A DNA stretch of 64,000 nt from Rotaria socialis (Eukaryota). Shown piece after piece: positions 1-14,969 of the stretch. The translations under genes and the position numbers were made by a program. The stretch lies in the NCBI GenBank assembly GCA_905331295.1, contig CAJNYD010000033.1:62001-126000 (forward strand), read 5' to 3'. The notes under the pieces are model-generated. The model saw only the letters and a list, made by a program, of their open reading frames with translations, was not told the origin of the DNA and made no database searches. The stretch's first letter is position 1, and each line of letters starts with the position of its first letter.

Positions 1-963
1 CTGTTTCATACAGTATCTGTTCTTTGGTCTTTATCTGTTTAACTCGCCGTGAAAGATATAATCATTGTTCTCTTAAGAAATTTCTTGGTGTGTTTTACGA
101 TATTGTCTATCTTTCATTCGATTAAGTACGAGATGATTTGACTTTCCAGCAAGTCTCCATGAACATAGTTGAACTGGTCGAACGAAATTTTGTTTCGATG
201 TAGAACCTTCTACTTCGACGCCAATGATAAGACTGGCATTTGTGTAATTATCTGGCCGTGTATCAATATCAAAATAAACATCACCGAGTACATAGATTGA
301 AATCTGTTGGCGAACAAAATTTTATGTGATTGGCGAGGAATCATAGCGAGAGAGAAAAATTATGTTTATTACTTATTGCAGATACATGAAATATATTAAT
401 GTCAAAAAGTTCTGTGTAGAGTCAATTTGATGAATATATCACTGCTAATAGAACATACAAGTAATCGTTTTTAGACCTTAATTTGCCATTTTATGTTCCG
501 ATGACTCAATCTATCATTCTAAAAATGAATTTCGCATCATATTCAAAAGAATAGCACAGTTAGGTATGAACAAATAGTTGGATAAGTCGAGATTATTTTG
601 ATAATTCAAATGTAGTAAACCTATAAAATGTTATGTACCATAAAAATACAGCAAGAGTGTCGAATCTAAAACATTTCAATAAACCAGAACAGGGTTCAAA
701 GTATTCCGCCCAACACTTCACACATAGATATCCTGAAGCTAGTTTTTATCTACTCCTTGCGTTTCATCGCACTGCTTTCTTCTATCAAGATTAGTTTCCT
801 GAGCAATGTTAAATTGTAAAGAAATCATCAAAACGATATCGAATTTTTATTTATTGAAGGGTCAAGTCGTGTTTTTCATTTTTGTTAAACATGCAAAAGA
901 TTAACTATTCTTCAGATAACGAAATATACACTATTGCTGTTGTGTGTCGTTTTAGTACAAACG

Positions 964-3900
964 ATGTCTTCAAAAACAATCTACTATTACTTATTCATTC
1001 TATGCCAGTAAGGATACAACCTACTATTTTCTACTGACTGAACGTTGCAAAGTCTTTCTTTAAAGCCTGACAGACTGTTTTTTCTCAAAATGTTTGCATT
1101 TGATTTAGTGCTTTGGTGGTTCAAGTCAACTCTCAATTTTGCAATGGTATGGCTCAATATGATGGATGTTCGATCAATAGTGGTTGTGGATGTTTACAGG
1201 TTGTAGGCGTCATTAATATCGGCAGTTGTAGCTATCTATACTTGGCAGAGTGCTCCGAACTAGTTAAATGCGATCATAATAACCTTTGCTATTCACCTGA
1301 TCATATATGTGTGTATCATCCTCGATATCAAAGTCTTCCTGTTTGTTATCCAGTACCGAATTACAATCAGCAACTCTGTCCACCAATATCAAGTAAGAGA
1401 ATGATCAAGTGACCGAAGGCTGCGAATGTCAGTAGTTTCAAGTTTGACATATATGGCGAATGTAGTTGCGGATCTTCTTTTTTTATATAAATCCATCAAG
1501 CATGAGTCACACAACAACATCCAAAAGAATATATATCCACTACCGATTTTCATTTTTTGTGTAACAAAAATAAGACTTTAAAACGGTTTCAGAAATTTCG
1601 AGTTCACTTAGTTCGATCGTTACTGTGCAAGCTTAGCAACAATATCATTTTATATATTTTTTTATGTTAGACGTAGCACTACGCTACAAAAAAAAAGTTC
1701 CTCCGGTGTACTCGTCGGAAGAACTTTTTTAGGTTTCGTATTCTTGGCTGAACCCTTTTAAGTTCAGTATGGTACTTCTTGTTTTTTTTAGAGTGTACAT
1801 GACCTGTTTACATCATTTTTTTTTATGATAATCAATAGTGACGAACGCCACAGCTACAACAACAGTTTCAACTACAACTACAACCAGAACTCAGCAATTA
1901 GGTAACTTTTGATCAATCCCTCTTGGCTTTATTCATTTATATTATTTTTAATCTGATGTATATATTTACTTTTAATGAGAATTAATTCTGCACAGGTACC
2001 CAGGTCGATCAAAACGGATATTGTTTACGGTCCGTTTAGATATCGTTTTTCACCGTAAACGCCCGTATACTGACCGTATTTTCTGACATGGGTAGCTAAG
2101 TTCACATTGATAAATTTAACTATCTTTTATCATGAATGATATGATTTTTAGCGTAAGAAAAAAAACAAAAGTGTGAAAAATCATATCAATTAGTTTTGGT
2201 CTTCCTCGACGCTCTCTGAGTTTTCTTGTTATCATCTATAAGATGATGATAGAGTGAATAGTTTTCGACATGTATATTTTCCACAATAAAAAATGAATTC
2301 AAACAAGAATATTCAGGAGTTTCTTTCTAGATACCATAGAGCAACAACTAAAATAGGCAGAGATATAAAAACACTTATTCTTCGAATGAAATTGCGTATG
2401 CAAATCACAAAACACTACTGATCTCATACAGTTATACAAATGGTGAATTCGAACAAATTCATCTAGTATCTCTTAATTAGCGTTGAACATCGAGCTTTCA
2501 CTTGAGCAAATACATGTGGATATATTACAGTTAAGAAAAAAATTCATATCAATTTCATAGATTGCGCAGTTTTTATTTAATTCATGTGTTATTCAAAGTA
2601 AAAAAACACATTATGACTTATAAAATAAAACTATAAAAATATCACTGTAATGATTTTTCTTAATCATTATTCTATTAACGATATCTTTTTAGAGTTAGCT
2701 ATGTTTTCAAAGAAACAATTTCAAAAAGACATGTCAAGTATATGAGAATTAGATAGAATATCATCTGTTTATAACATCAGACAGAAGTGCTTTAGTAAAA
2801 TTTTGGAAAGAGATTTGAACAAACGTAAAGTAACAAGAATCTAATCGAAATAAAAGCATTTAATTAGCAGCTCACTCATACTAAAACTATCGGCTATAAC
2901 GGTATTCTATGAAGCGTTACAAATATTTTTAATTCGTTATTTATACGAAGAAAATCTCTTCGGGTCTTATTAATAGCTAAGAAAACAGACTAATGTTTAT
3001 CTCTCGTCAGAAACTTCTGCCGAATTATCTAACGTCACACCTCTAGACATAACCGAAGAAAATTTGAACTTATCCAGGAATTTTGAATTTCACACAACCC
3101 TTCCCTTAACTTCTTCATACCATAATCTTGTATAGTTCTTACGTTAGAAAACCAATAGCTGTTCTCATGAGACTTAGAATTGAGAAGTTGTCTACAATTT
3201 TATAATGTTTCCTACCAAGAAAATCTCTCACAGAATCCTTAATATTTCCCACTGAGAATATTCGTAGCGACTCTTACAGCTCTCTCTCTATGAATTATTA
3301 GAGATGGATTCTGTTATTTATAGACTTGATCATGTTATACTATTAGATTAACAAAAATTTCTGGAGTTTTATTTTACACATCTATGTTATCTTTCTAACA
3401 CTACCAAGCGCACAAGAGAGAGAGAATGAGATAATCAAGATCTCATTCGCTTTTTGTCTCTTGCAGTTATGCCAAATATTCCTGCTAATTCGACATGGGC
3501 ACAGAATGGTGTGACTGTTGCTGGACGGAGCGAAGGAGACAATTCTACCAATCAACTCTGGAACGCTGGTGGGCTCTTCGTTGATGATGATGAAACGGTG
3601 GTTATTGCTGACAGTTGGAATCATCGTATTATCCAATGGAAGAAAGGTTATGCGCATGGACAAATTGTTGCTGGTGGCAATGATAAAGGCATTCGATTAG
3701 ATCAACTGAATGAGCCATCTGATGTATTAGTCGACAAAGAGACGGATAGTGTCATTATTTGTGATCGATGGAAACTACGAGTCGTACGATGGTCTCGTCA
3801 TAATGGCACAAAACAAGGAGAAATCCTCATCGACAACATCGATAGTTATGGATTGACCATGGATGATCAGAGATATCTCTATGTCTCCGACTACAGAAAA

Positions 3901-4381
3901 TTCGAAGTAAGACGATATGGATTGGGAGACAAAAATGGCATTCTCGTGGCTGGTGGTAACGGCGGTGGTATTGATCTCGGTCAACTCAAATTTCCGAGTT
4001 ATCTCTTTGTCGATCGACAGCAGAATGTCTACGTTATCGGACGAAAATAATTTTCGTGTTATGAAATGGAATAAAGGCGCAAAAGAAGGTATTGTCGTCA
4101 CTGGAGGTCACGACGCTGGGAATGCATCGACACAATTGTCATATCCTAAGGGAATCTTTGTCGATATGTTAGGTACAGTCTACGTGGCAGATAATTGGAG
4201 TCATCGTGTTATGCGTTGGCCTTCAGGAGCGAAACAAGGCGATGTAATTGCGGGCGGAAATGGCTATGGACTAGAAGCAAATCAGTTCGCCTACCCTGTG
4301 GGTCTGTCCTTCGATCGAAATGGCAATCTCTATGTCGTCGATCAATTTAATCGTCGTGTTCAACGATTTTCTCTTGTATAG
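964..4381 (+). CDS. Secreted Cys-rich domain + Thr-rich linker + NHL-repeat beta-propeller protein; 4 exons; frameshift at ~4036
   Basis: Phase-compatible GT-AG exons 964-1007, 1109-1392, 1839-1901 and 3467-4381. They give a hydrophobic N-terminus MSSKTIYYYLFILCHALVVQV, a Cys-rich exon, a TNATATTTVSTTTTT linker, then IPANSTWAQNGVTVAG and NHL repeats (ADSWNHRI, VADNWSHRV, VVDQFNRRVQRF). One extra base near 4034-4036 splits the last exon into ORFs 3454-4050 and 3917-4381. Confidence 0.85.
1682..1795. mobile_element. Short degenerate MITE-like element in an intron
   Basis: TA-flanked ends cgctacaaaaaaaaa ... ttttttttagagtg form an imperfect CACT-type terminal inverted repeat. Confidence 0.4.
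1999..2092. mobile_element. 94-bp MITE with TA flanks
   Basis: TA|cccaggtcgatcaaaacgg ... ccgtattttctgacatggg|TA; imperfect TIR. The CCCAG-type end resembles the insertion at 20244-20491. Confidence 0.55.
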
Positions 4382-6265
4382 ACTCATGTGTAGTTTTCAT
4401 TCATATGCTGACAATTACAAGAAATACTTACACTCTTACTTCAGTTCTGTCGCTTTTTTTCTGAACTTAAAATAAAGAATATACGTAGATATATAAGTTA
4501 ATCAATCCTGCGTTCACACATCTGTCTCATAAATTTCTTTTTCGAAATTTCTCCCAGACGTTCGCATTCTTAATGATGTTTCCGTATTGCCACGAAATTT
4601 CTACTAGTAGTAGATTCTGATGTGATTGCATAACAGTTCGCATACTTCTATTTCAAACTTACTGTTGAATAAAATACTGTTTCGATGAGTCGTATTCACG
4701 AAACATTTTTTTAGTTGTACTATGATTTCATGTGCAGAATAATGATGCTAACATTCGGAATCAAATCATAGTGGAACTTTTCATTTTGATTTAATAAGAT
4801 TTTCGTCCTCGAAGGGTCGGGAGTGGTCCGAACTCGACGGCACTGCAGTGTCGAGACGAACCGTGGCAAAGATTCACGGATGAATCTGTACATACGTCCA
4901 AAAATCCGCTTGAAAGAGCCCGATCCCGTAGGATCAGCGCCGGCTTTCAAACCGACGAGAACAGATACTTCACTTTGATCTTAGCTTTGCGACTGAGAAG
5001 CGATGCCTATTCTTTCAGGTAGCCTGGCAGGACACCTGTTTTGTCCTTACACTTTTCAAAAACCTATGGCATGATTGAAAGTGACTTGCGAAAGAAAGAC
5101 AAAAATTTTGCAATCCACGTGCGAATGAGGAAATTTGGTTTATTACAACAATTACTAATGAATCAGCAAATGTTCTGTGAGATGTTAGCATATTAGTGAT
5201 GACGAAAAAAATACACCGAACATTTATGTATCTGGTTCTCGAACTACCTTTTGTAATTATTATCTATGATTCCTATCGAAGAGTGGAGGTAAATAGTCTG
5301 TAACGTCAATAATTGAAGATCAAACTTTAATTTTTTTTTTGTGAAACATTAACTCAAATCGAGTTGCACAAATAGCTGCATTTTTTGTCATTTAGCGTAA
5401 ATAGTAGATCTTGTAAACAATTATTTGCTTCACATCATCAGAGGAATATCTTTTCTTATTTGCTACATTTGGAGATTTTTATATGTTACTGCTTTTTACT
5501 TTTCTTTATGCTATCTATAACGTAGAACTCGTAGAGTAGCATTTTTCTTCAATCTACGTACATACAATAAAACATTCATTCATTCAATTTTTCTTATTAC
5601 TTTTTTTTTCTTAGAATTTTCTTTCATTTAATATAGTATACTATTATGTAACACTCATTGTATGATTACATACACGATTTTCTGTGCTTCCGGCAAGAGT
5701 ATGAAGCATTATGAACAGGTCATTTCATTTTTACAAAATGATTACATCACATTCTTTAATTTTTTTGCTCTGTTCACTTTCAAAGCAAGTAAAGGAGAAT
5801 CGGTAAAGTGGAAGGTTTACTTCTATTTGATTATGAATAGTTATTTGATATTTAATGAATAATTTTGATGTTTCACATTACAATAATTTATGGTTTCGTT
5901 TATTTTACAATACAAAATAAATATTTGAATAATGCACAAATATTGACTATAATACAACTGATTTCAATAAAACTACCGGTGAAAAATATAATAAAAATGA
6001 ACAAGAGTCAATGATTTTCTCGTTTAAGTAGTTAGCAGTAAAAAATAATAAAAGATGTTTATAATTAAAAAAAAATATATATATATATATACTGTTCCGC
6101 ATTTAAAAATATACATTCTAGTCCTAAGCTGAGATGAAATAAAAGTTAAAGATCATATCACAAAAACGAAGACCTAATTCATGAGAGAAACTCAATCAGG
6201 ACACAAAACTGATATACAACACTAAAGAACATAGAAAATGATTTTGTTTGTTTGTTTGTCTCTTA

Positions 6266-7492
6266 TTAGCCCGTCGGCTTATAAAAACATGTTGTGACAA
6301 ATTTTTGTTTATAACGTGCTGTTGTACTTAATACCATGACACCATCCTAAATATCAATTAATTCTTTCTAGAGAACTTAGATAGGAATACTTACACGAAT
6401 TGATAATGCATAAAGATGTTTTAACATAACATGATTTGGTTCAGGTAATAGAGCCGGTTCATACTAAAATAATATCGATTTTATTATTTTTCTTTTCATA
6501 CAGGTACTACTTTACATGTGCAGCCGTATCTTGATTAAGAATAATATTGAGAAGATGTGGTGGCAAAAATGGTGGTTTATCTGTTGGTGAAAATTCTTCA
6601 CGATTTGCCGGCGGCCATGTTTTATCATAGAGACCCGGTGGTGAACGCGCCATTTCAGGATGATTTTCTATTTAATTCGAAGTAAAAATATTTTGCATCC
6701 GAGAAGAACTTACGCTTTTGTTTATTTATATTTGAACTATGACTGCTACTAGTGGTCATTGAATCTAATTGAAGTGCTTCCATAACTTCGAAATCACTTT
6801 TTTTCACAGTAACAACATTATTACGGCCACTATGACTATCGTCTACGGATGGCTATTAAACGGGAATAAATAAAATATCTAATGCAATATTGAATAAGAA
6901 AAATTGAATTTACTTCGTTCAAATCATATTCCCATCGGCCATCAATAAAAAACTTATACTCATGTCTTCCTTCAGGTAGATCCAAAATAGCAACAAAATC
7001 ATTCTCACTAGAAAATTGTATTGTAATCGTGTTTTAAAAAGAAGAAAAAAGGAAGAAGAGTCTACCTTTTAACCATTACTATAGTCTCTTTCCAATTCGT
7101 AAATGAACCAGCTAATAAAGCTTCTTTATCTTTTGGTGAAGCTGGATATTTAAATACAACTGGAATAGTTTTTTTCCCGCTTTTTAATTCGGCATCTACA
7201 GCTTGTTGAGTAAGATACTGTTGCATTTGACGCTGATAGCGTATGCGTATTGGTAAACTCGGGTCTTGCCTTAATGAGATCTACATATTATAGAAAATAA
7301 ACAACAAAGAAATTCTATGGCTTTTCTCTTCCAATATACGTATGTCAGCATTACTCGTTCTTCTAATGGTGATGGATTGGCATGCATTGATGACTCATTG
7401 TCAAGGGTCATGAAACGACCGTCTTCGGCATCTCGCTCGTACTGTGAATATATATCACTACGCGTACGACCTGTTGGCTGTTGATTACCCAT
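6266..7492 (-). CDS. PRKAB1: 5'-AMP-activated protein kinase regulatory subunit beta (multi-exon)
   Basis: MGNQ myristoylation-type start; glycogen-binding CBM (LAGSFTNWKETIVM, DLPEGRHEYKFFIDGRWEYD); PPFLPPHLLNIILN; YEPALLPEPNHVMLKHLYALSIR; C-terminus DGVMVLSTTARYKQKFVTTCFYKPTG*. Confidence 0.95.
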
Positions 7493-8173
7493 CAACGAAA
7501 ATAATATATTGAACCAAATAATGCTGATAGTTGCTTTCAGTTAATTAATAATAACAGTAAGGAGCTATTTGACCAACTCACCACAAGTCGACTGTAAATG
7601 TTACGAGTCTAAAATAATAATAATCAAACTAATAAACCCATTGGTTTTTTTCAAAGTTCACTCCTTTTTTACACATACAATTCTTTACTTTTATGTTTTT
7701 TTTCTCAAACATAATAAGAAAAAGAAGAAAAAAAGAACTCGTTTCTCACTCATACCGTTGGTTTTTTTTAATAATAATCCGTATGCGTGATATAATACAA
7801 AAAAAAACAAGACACTAGTACGTCGTACGTGCACATTGTTCATCTATTTTCATTGTCTTTCGTTTTTTTTTCATTTCTGTACGTGCAAACAAAAATTGCA
7901 TTCTTACAACAAAATCACTATGAATCTTTGTTCAAGAAAAATAGATCCATCATCAAAAGAAGAAAAAAAAACAAAGAATTGATGCGCAACACAAACAAGA
8001 ATAAATATCCAAGAGAAGAGATCAAATGAGGTATTAAGTTTTTTAGTTATAATAATAGTAGCAATACAAAACAACGAGTAGAGCAGAAATATGTATATAT
8101 ACAACACGCACACATCAGAGAAAAACAACTGTACAAAGACACATACACACAATAGACAAAGACGAAAAAAAAT

Positions 8174-11118
8174 TCAACCACAAAAAGTGCACGTAAATCC
8201 TCCAAGTATTTTAATTAATGCTGTTAATTGCGTTGATTCATCAACAGTTGTGTCACTTATATAAAAATTACATAATGAACAACGTTTAGCACGATCTTGA
8301 ACGAAGATGGGTAAAAATGTTTTATTACAACGTTGAAAATCATGACCATTCGAACATGTTACATCGAAAAATGTTCGAATATGTAATGTTTGCCCGCACA
8401 ATGGACAAAGAAGATATTTTTGATCACATGTTGATAAATATTGACTATTGATTTGAGCCGGTGGTGTTGGCCCATTCGATATCGCTATTGGTGTTGTTGT
8501 CATATTTGGATTTGCCATAGCAAGAAGTGAACCAAATTGTGCTGTTAAATTATTTCCTGTCAAATTTGTATGTGTATTACCACTATTGTTTGTTGCATTA
8601 GCTGATGCTTGTAATTGTTGAGTGGAAAACTGTAATAATTGTTCACACCAATAAAGTATAGATTTTTCAATGGGTGTCAATTGTAGTTGTGGTTCTGTTT
8701 GTTGTTTTGTTTGAACATAATCATATAATTTCTTGATTAAATCAATTGAAATCATTTGCGCAAAGACATCAGCTAAAAATAGCATATATGGCGCTTGTCT
8801 TAAACCATTGCCAAGACCACTATTATGATAGGATAGTAACAGACGACACAATGAATGGACTTTTTTTAATAAACTAACACTAGCTTGATCGGCACAATCA
8901 GCAACAGACATAATTAAATCTGTTAATGCATTGGATTTATCTGAATAAAGTAGAACGCGCAAGGCAGCTAAGACATCATTCAAACGAAACGATGGTAATG
9001 GATTCGACAGAAAAAATGTTATTGTTGATGATACATCTTTTAATGAATAAACTGATAATGTTAATATAGCTTCGTTACGTTTCATTGTTAATACAGTACA
9101 ATGTGTTGGTGTTATACCTGCTGCTTGACAATCGGTACCTATTAAAACAAAAGTGCATTATATTTACTTAATTACTAGTAGAATCAGACGACTTCTTTTG
9201 TTGTCATAATTCGAGAATGAAAAAATAGATTGCTTTTCTTTTTAGTGTTTTTATCTCAATAATAATAACTAAGTCAATATGAACTTGAATGATGGCTATC
9301 GCGTTCAATATATAGACGTACTTCTTCTTTTTTTCATCTTCTTATCTCGAATACATAAGGGCATATGTTGTAGATTCTTTGTTTCTCAAGTTTTTACCTG
9401 CTGGTAATAATTGACAAAATTGTTCGAATCTCGTAGTTTGTTGTTGGTGATGATGATGATGTGGATCATTGAATGTTTGTGTTACTTGCTTATGTATAAA
9501 ACCATCTCGACATATTAAATATAAATCTTGTGCATCCGATATAAAATGAGTTAATACACTTGAATTTAAAGCATATTCATTAACGGTTTTTATCGTAAAT
9601 TGTGAACACGATGTATTATAACCAGTCGATGTTATATTTAATGTTGCTATAACGATTGAATCCATTTGAGCAAAGAATAATCGATGTTCATTATGTTGTT
9701 GATATAGTGCTATATGATGAATACGTGCGCCATTTGAAACAAGATGTGGAGATTCTTGTTTTGTATAAGCAAGCAATGGTGCCAATTCATTGCCAGTTAA
9801 TGATATTGATATAAGTGACACATGTCCATGTGATGAACCAAGTGCTAATATGCCAGCTGTATCTGATAGAGAAAGCCATGCCATAGCTGATATAGAATTA
9901 TGCGGTGAACGATATGGTAGATCATTTTTTGAATTATGTAAACCATTGGACATGGTCGGTGAATGACCAGACTTTTTCGCTGCCGATAATAATGATGGTT
10001 CATTGGCATTGGGTTCGAGTAAGGCGGCATAGGTTAATGTGAGATTGTTTGTTGGTTGCTGTTCGGATAATTGCCATATAGCAACATGACCGGATTCAAG
10101 GCCACAAAACAGTAGTACAAAACGTGACGGCGAATCACGCCGAAGAACATTCGACCAACCCAAGCAAGTTGGAACTAAAGTAAATAAAAAAAATATTTTA
10201 AATTTCTGTTTAATAATTCTAATAGGCAATGTGGCGTATTTTAGATATGGTTTCGGGTTCGTTATTTTTCCTGTTCGATGCTATACTCTCGATGATAGCG
10301 TGTAAGGAAAAAAATCGTTTTCTTTTTTCTTTTTGTTCTTTCTCGAACACGAAAAACAAGAGGCAATAATTACTCTCCTCTTTTTTTCCTTGTGCCTGTC
10401 AGAAAAAGAAAAGAAAGACAGCTGTGTAGTTCTTTTCGAAATTCTTTTCCCTGATGAAAAAAAAAATTTTACTTTGGAGAAAAAAAGAACGTGAGATAGA
10501 AAAAAAAAGGAAATCAAGCCGCTTCTTCTATTTGCTCTCTTTCTAGCTAGTCATCTACTCAGAGAACATAAGTGGAGAAGATTTTTCTTCTTTTTCTTTT
10601 GTTTTATTCTTACCAAGTAAAGCTTCTTCATCACGTGACAATCCGCCACCAGATGATGTAGTTCCATTGCTAGTTGGTCCTTTGTGTGCATTCGTCGAAT
10701 TGGTACCGGTGGTGCCGTTTCGTTCATCTAATTGTGATCTCCATCGTTTAGATACATTGAATAAAACAACCGGCGATTCTTGATTAGCATCACATATGAC
10801 AAGTTGTCCAGTTGATGATGCGACAGCTAATAAACGTGCACCGTCTGGTCGTAATGAATCAGGACAGAAAAGAGCAAGTGGAGTATATGTATAATATCGT
10901 AAATCATCTTGTTCAAGATGTTGATCAAGTTGAAACCATGAAACAGTGAATAATTGAACTTTCCGTGAAGAATGACCGCTAAATGTTAATAATGTAAAAC
11001 CAGTCGATGATGCTATTGCAAAACGAGACCAATCGGAACAAGAAATAGCGCCATCTTTGAGTGAGTCCGACGTTTGAAAGTGCTGCTCTTCTAGCAGCGA
11101 ACAATCAAAGCCGCTCAT
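8174..11118 (-). CDS. GTF3C4: General transcription factor IIIC subunit 4 (TFIIIC90)-like protein; ~3 exons
   Basis: WD40-like N-terminal exons (LLAVASSTGQLVI, LALGSSHGHVSL). The C-terminal Zn-binding region CPLC...CSNGHDFQRC...CSLC...CTFCG matches the zf-TFIIIC pattern. Confidence 0.7.
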
Positions 11119-12240
11119 GATATTTTATATAATTGGCCGCAACTAAAAATATAAACACATGACAACAAAACAAAAAAAATTATTTTTGACAAGTTACATC
11201 AGTACAAACAGAAGAAAAAAAAACAAGAATTATTACTAGGAACGAATAATGAAAGTACCTGTTAATAATACTGATCAAGTCTAGAAATTTAAAAATATTA
11301 TTTTACATCAAACAGGCAAGAACAAATTCGAAAAATCTTTTCTTTTTTTCTCTTGTAGCGTTCGGTTGTTGCAGGAATGGATAGATCAGAACGCAAAGGA
11401 AAGAATGAGCAATAGCAGGGGGCGACAGAGAGAGAGACAATGGTGCTATGGAAAAAATTCAAGCGACGACGCTACAGAACAAATTGCCACCATTGTTTAT
11501 GTATAAAAAACTCGATCATGTATATGACAAGAAGTCTGAAAAAGCATTGTTTTCACTCTTCATAATTTATTTATTTTTCAATAAACTAAATTCTTGAATT
11601 ATATACAAAAGAAATCTCGATCAGTACAGATGTCACTCTCATACTAGTACATACAATCTTATAAATCTGACACATTGAATGTATATATATAACTGAATTT
11701 CAATAGATGCCGATAGGAACAGAGAATCAACTTATGCAGATTGAAAAAAAATACTTATTATACTTTCTTTTCATTCATAAATATTTATTCATTTATTATT
11801 CAAATATATTTTTACTTTATAAAGAACAACATGAAATCTTTCATATCGCGCAAGTAAAAGACATTAATAGATGGCGTTTCAACAATGGTAAAATTATTTC
11901 AAATCATTTAAAAGAAAATTTTTATTTAATTAATTCTTCAAATTAATGAGTTTTTTGGCATCATACTCATTCTGTCGCATAACTTACTTAAGTATAGAGG
12001 TACCGTACTTGATCAATGGTGACCTATTTTTTTTTCGACTTAATGTTTGTTCTTAAGCTTTTCTCTTTTTTTTCTTTCTCGTGAGTTATTGCTCAAGAGT
12101 TGTCTACGTGGCCAGGTGTGCCACGAGTTCACATTACTCATGTTGATGAGGTTTAAAAGGAAAGTTTCTTTGCATTGTATAATTTTTTAGATATACCTAT
12201 CGTCATTTTATTTTGCTCATAAACGAATAAACTAACTTAG

Positions 12241-13094
<854 letters not shown>

Positions 13095-14070
13095 ACAATT
13101 ATGACAAATATTCATTGAGAGTGCTTGAAGATTGTCTTTTTCTTTTTTGTCTTTTGCAAATATATTCCAACATAAAAGAAAATATCATTGATATATCTGT
13201 GTTTCTCTTATTTACCATCGATCTTTTGAAAAAAAAACATACTCATAACTATGGAATGGATTGATGTACACATACACGAGTTTTTACTTTATATTTATTT
13301 CATTCTTATTATTCTCTTACTTCAAGGTGTTTTAGTATATGTAAGACAAATCCTATTTATCTAATGATCACTTCAAGTGCCCGTTTTTTTTTCTGTTGTG
13401 GAATTCTCTTTTTTTCTGTTCTTTTTCTATTCAAATTTTTTCTTTTTTTCGCGCGTTTATTGTTCGTTGTTATTTAAAAAATTTATTGGCGTGCATTGCT
13501 GTCTCATGAGTGAATAAGAGAAAAAATTAAAATAGATTGTTACGTGAACATGAAAAAAACCTTTGAAAAATATTTAGGTCAATAAAGATATTTAAAAAAA
13601 TTAGTTTTCTGTTTCTATTTGAATAGATTTTTTAAAAGAACAATTTATCGAAGTACTCAAAGAGCGAACAGGAAGAAGAAAATAGAACAAGGCAGTATCT
13701 TATAACCTTCTAACTATAGATAAAATATAAACTTAAGCGAATTCATTCCTATTAATTCAATAGATAACATTTATTGTGATTTTTTTCTTATTCTCAGATT
13801 TTATTTGTTTTCAATATGTCAGTTCGCAATCGTTGCGAAAATGCACTATTATTCGTCGATTGCCTACTGAAAACATTCGGAGTATCAAGTGTTCTCTATG
13901 ATTGCGTGCACATTCATAATAAACCGGGACATTAACGTGGGTTATACAGACTAGAATCGTCAAGCAGATTAATAATCCGAAATCACGATTAGATCTATCT
14001 GGATATGAGTAGAGAAGATTAGCAATCGAATTTTAACAAATCGTTTTTCTTGTTTTTAGATAATATTTTA

Positions 14071-14475
14071 ATGATGAGTGTTATTATTTATTACCTAATT
14101 TTAATTTCAATATTTACTATCGAAATTAATGCTTGTAAGAAATGATTTTATTGTGCGGAAAACAAAAGTTATCTCTAATTTATTTTTCTTTGGATAGATC
14201 GAGGTGATTTTATGAGCAGTGTAAGAGATGGCTACAACCGATATGATCCCGATTCAACACTCAATGGTTTTTTTCCATTTTGGGGTATTGTTCTTTTATT
14301 ACTTTCATGTAAGTGCTTTTGATCTATTTTATTTCTATTATAATTTTAATCTTTCATTGATTTAGTTGTATTTCTCTTGGTTGCTGTATTGGGTCTTGTC
14401 GGTTATTTCGTTGGTTGTCGAGCGCCACCAGAAAGGCTTCGTCATCAACTTGATCCGGCAACTTTTTATGCTTGA
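14071..14475 (+). CDS. Small single-pass membrane protein (~95 aa, 3 exons), uncharacterised
   Basis: Spliced by eye across two GTAAG...AG introns: MMSVIIYYLILISIFTIEINA-YRGDFMSSVRDGYNRYDPDSTLNGFFPFWGIVLLLLS-FVFLLVAVLGLVGYFVGCRAPPERLRHQLDPATFYA*. Signal peptide plus TM helix; absent from the ORF track. Confidence 0.75.
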
Positions 14476-14969
14476 TAATATTTTGCAATGTCTATTTTCA
14501 GTGTCAGATCTTAACATGTAAACATATAGATGAATATTGTTTTTTTTAAATTAGATATTTGTATCTCATTTTCATTCCGAATTCAAATTCGTCAGATTGT
14601 TTTCTTTTTTGTTGTTGTAAAATTTCGATACAAAGCGCCATTAGCTCACTAATTCTATAATTTTCACGAATGTTTACTATTGATAAAAATAAATTTCAAC
14701 GAGAATATCTTGACGTTATTAATGGTTCAGTAAAAATTGTTACTCAAGAATATGATGCACGGGAAGCTAACATACAAATTATTATTGTGTGTATGGGTAT
14801 TTTTGCTTTTGCTCTCTTGGAAGACTTTTTTCGTGCATTATTGCGTACATTAAAAAGTTGATATCATGCGAAAATATTCCTTGCATTATCTGCTTCATGA
14901 CGTTATTTTATTTCGCCTGATTATGTGCATTTTACTTGCTGATAAAAAAAGTGTGAGTTTTTATTAAAC

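Noticed and set aside
70..305. Possible minus-strand terminal exon (ISIYVLGDVYFDIDTRPDNYTNASLIIGVEVEG...)
   Set aside because: An open stretch follows an AG, but there is no recognisable family and no upstream exons were found.
4021..4050. Programmed ribosomal frameshift in the NHL gene
   Set aside because: No slippery heptamer or obvious stimulatory structure at the shift point; a simple indel explains it.
4720..4960. GC-richer stretch with small palindromes and a 76-aa minus ORF
   Set aside because: No ATG start, no recognisable protein or defined termini; probably a repeat fragment.
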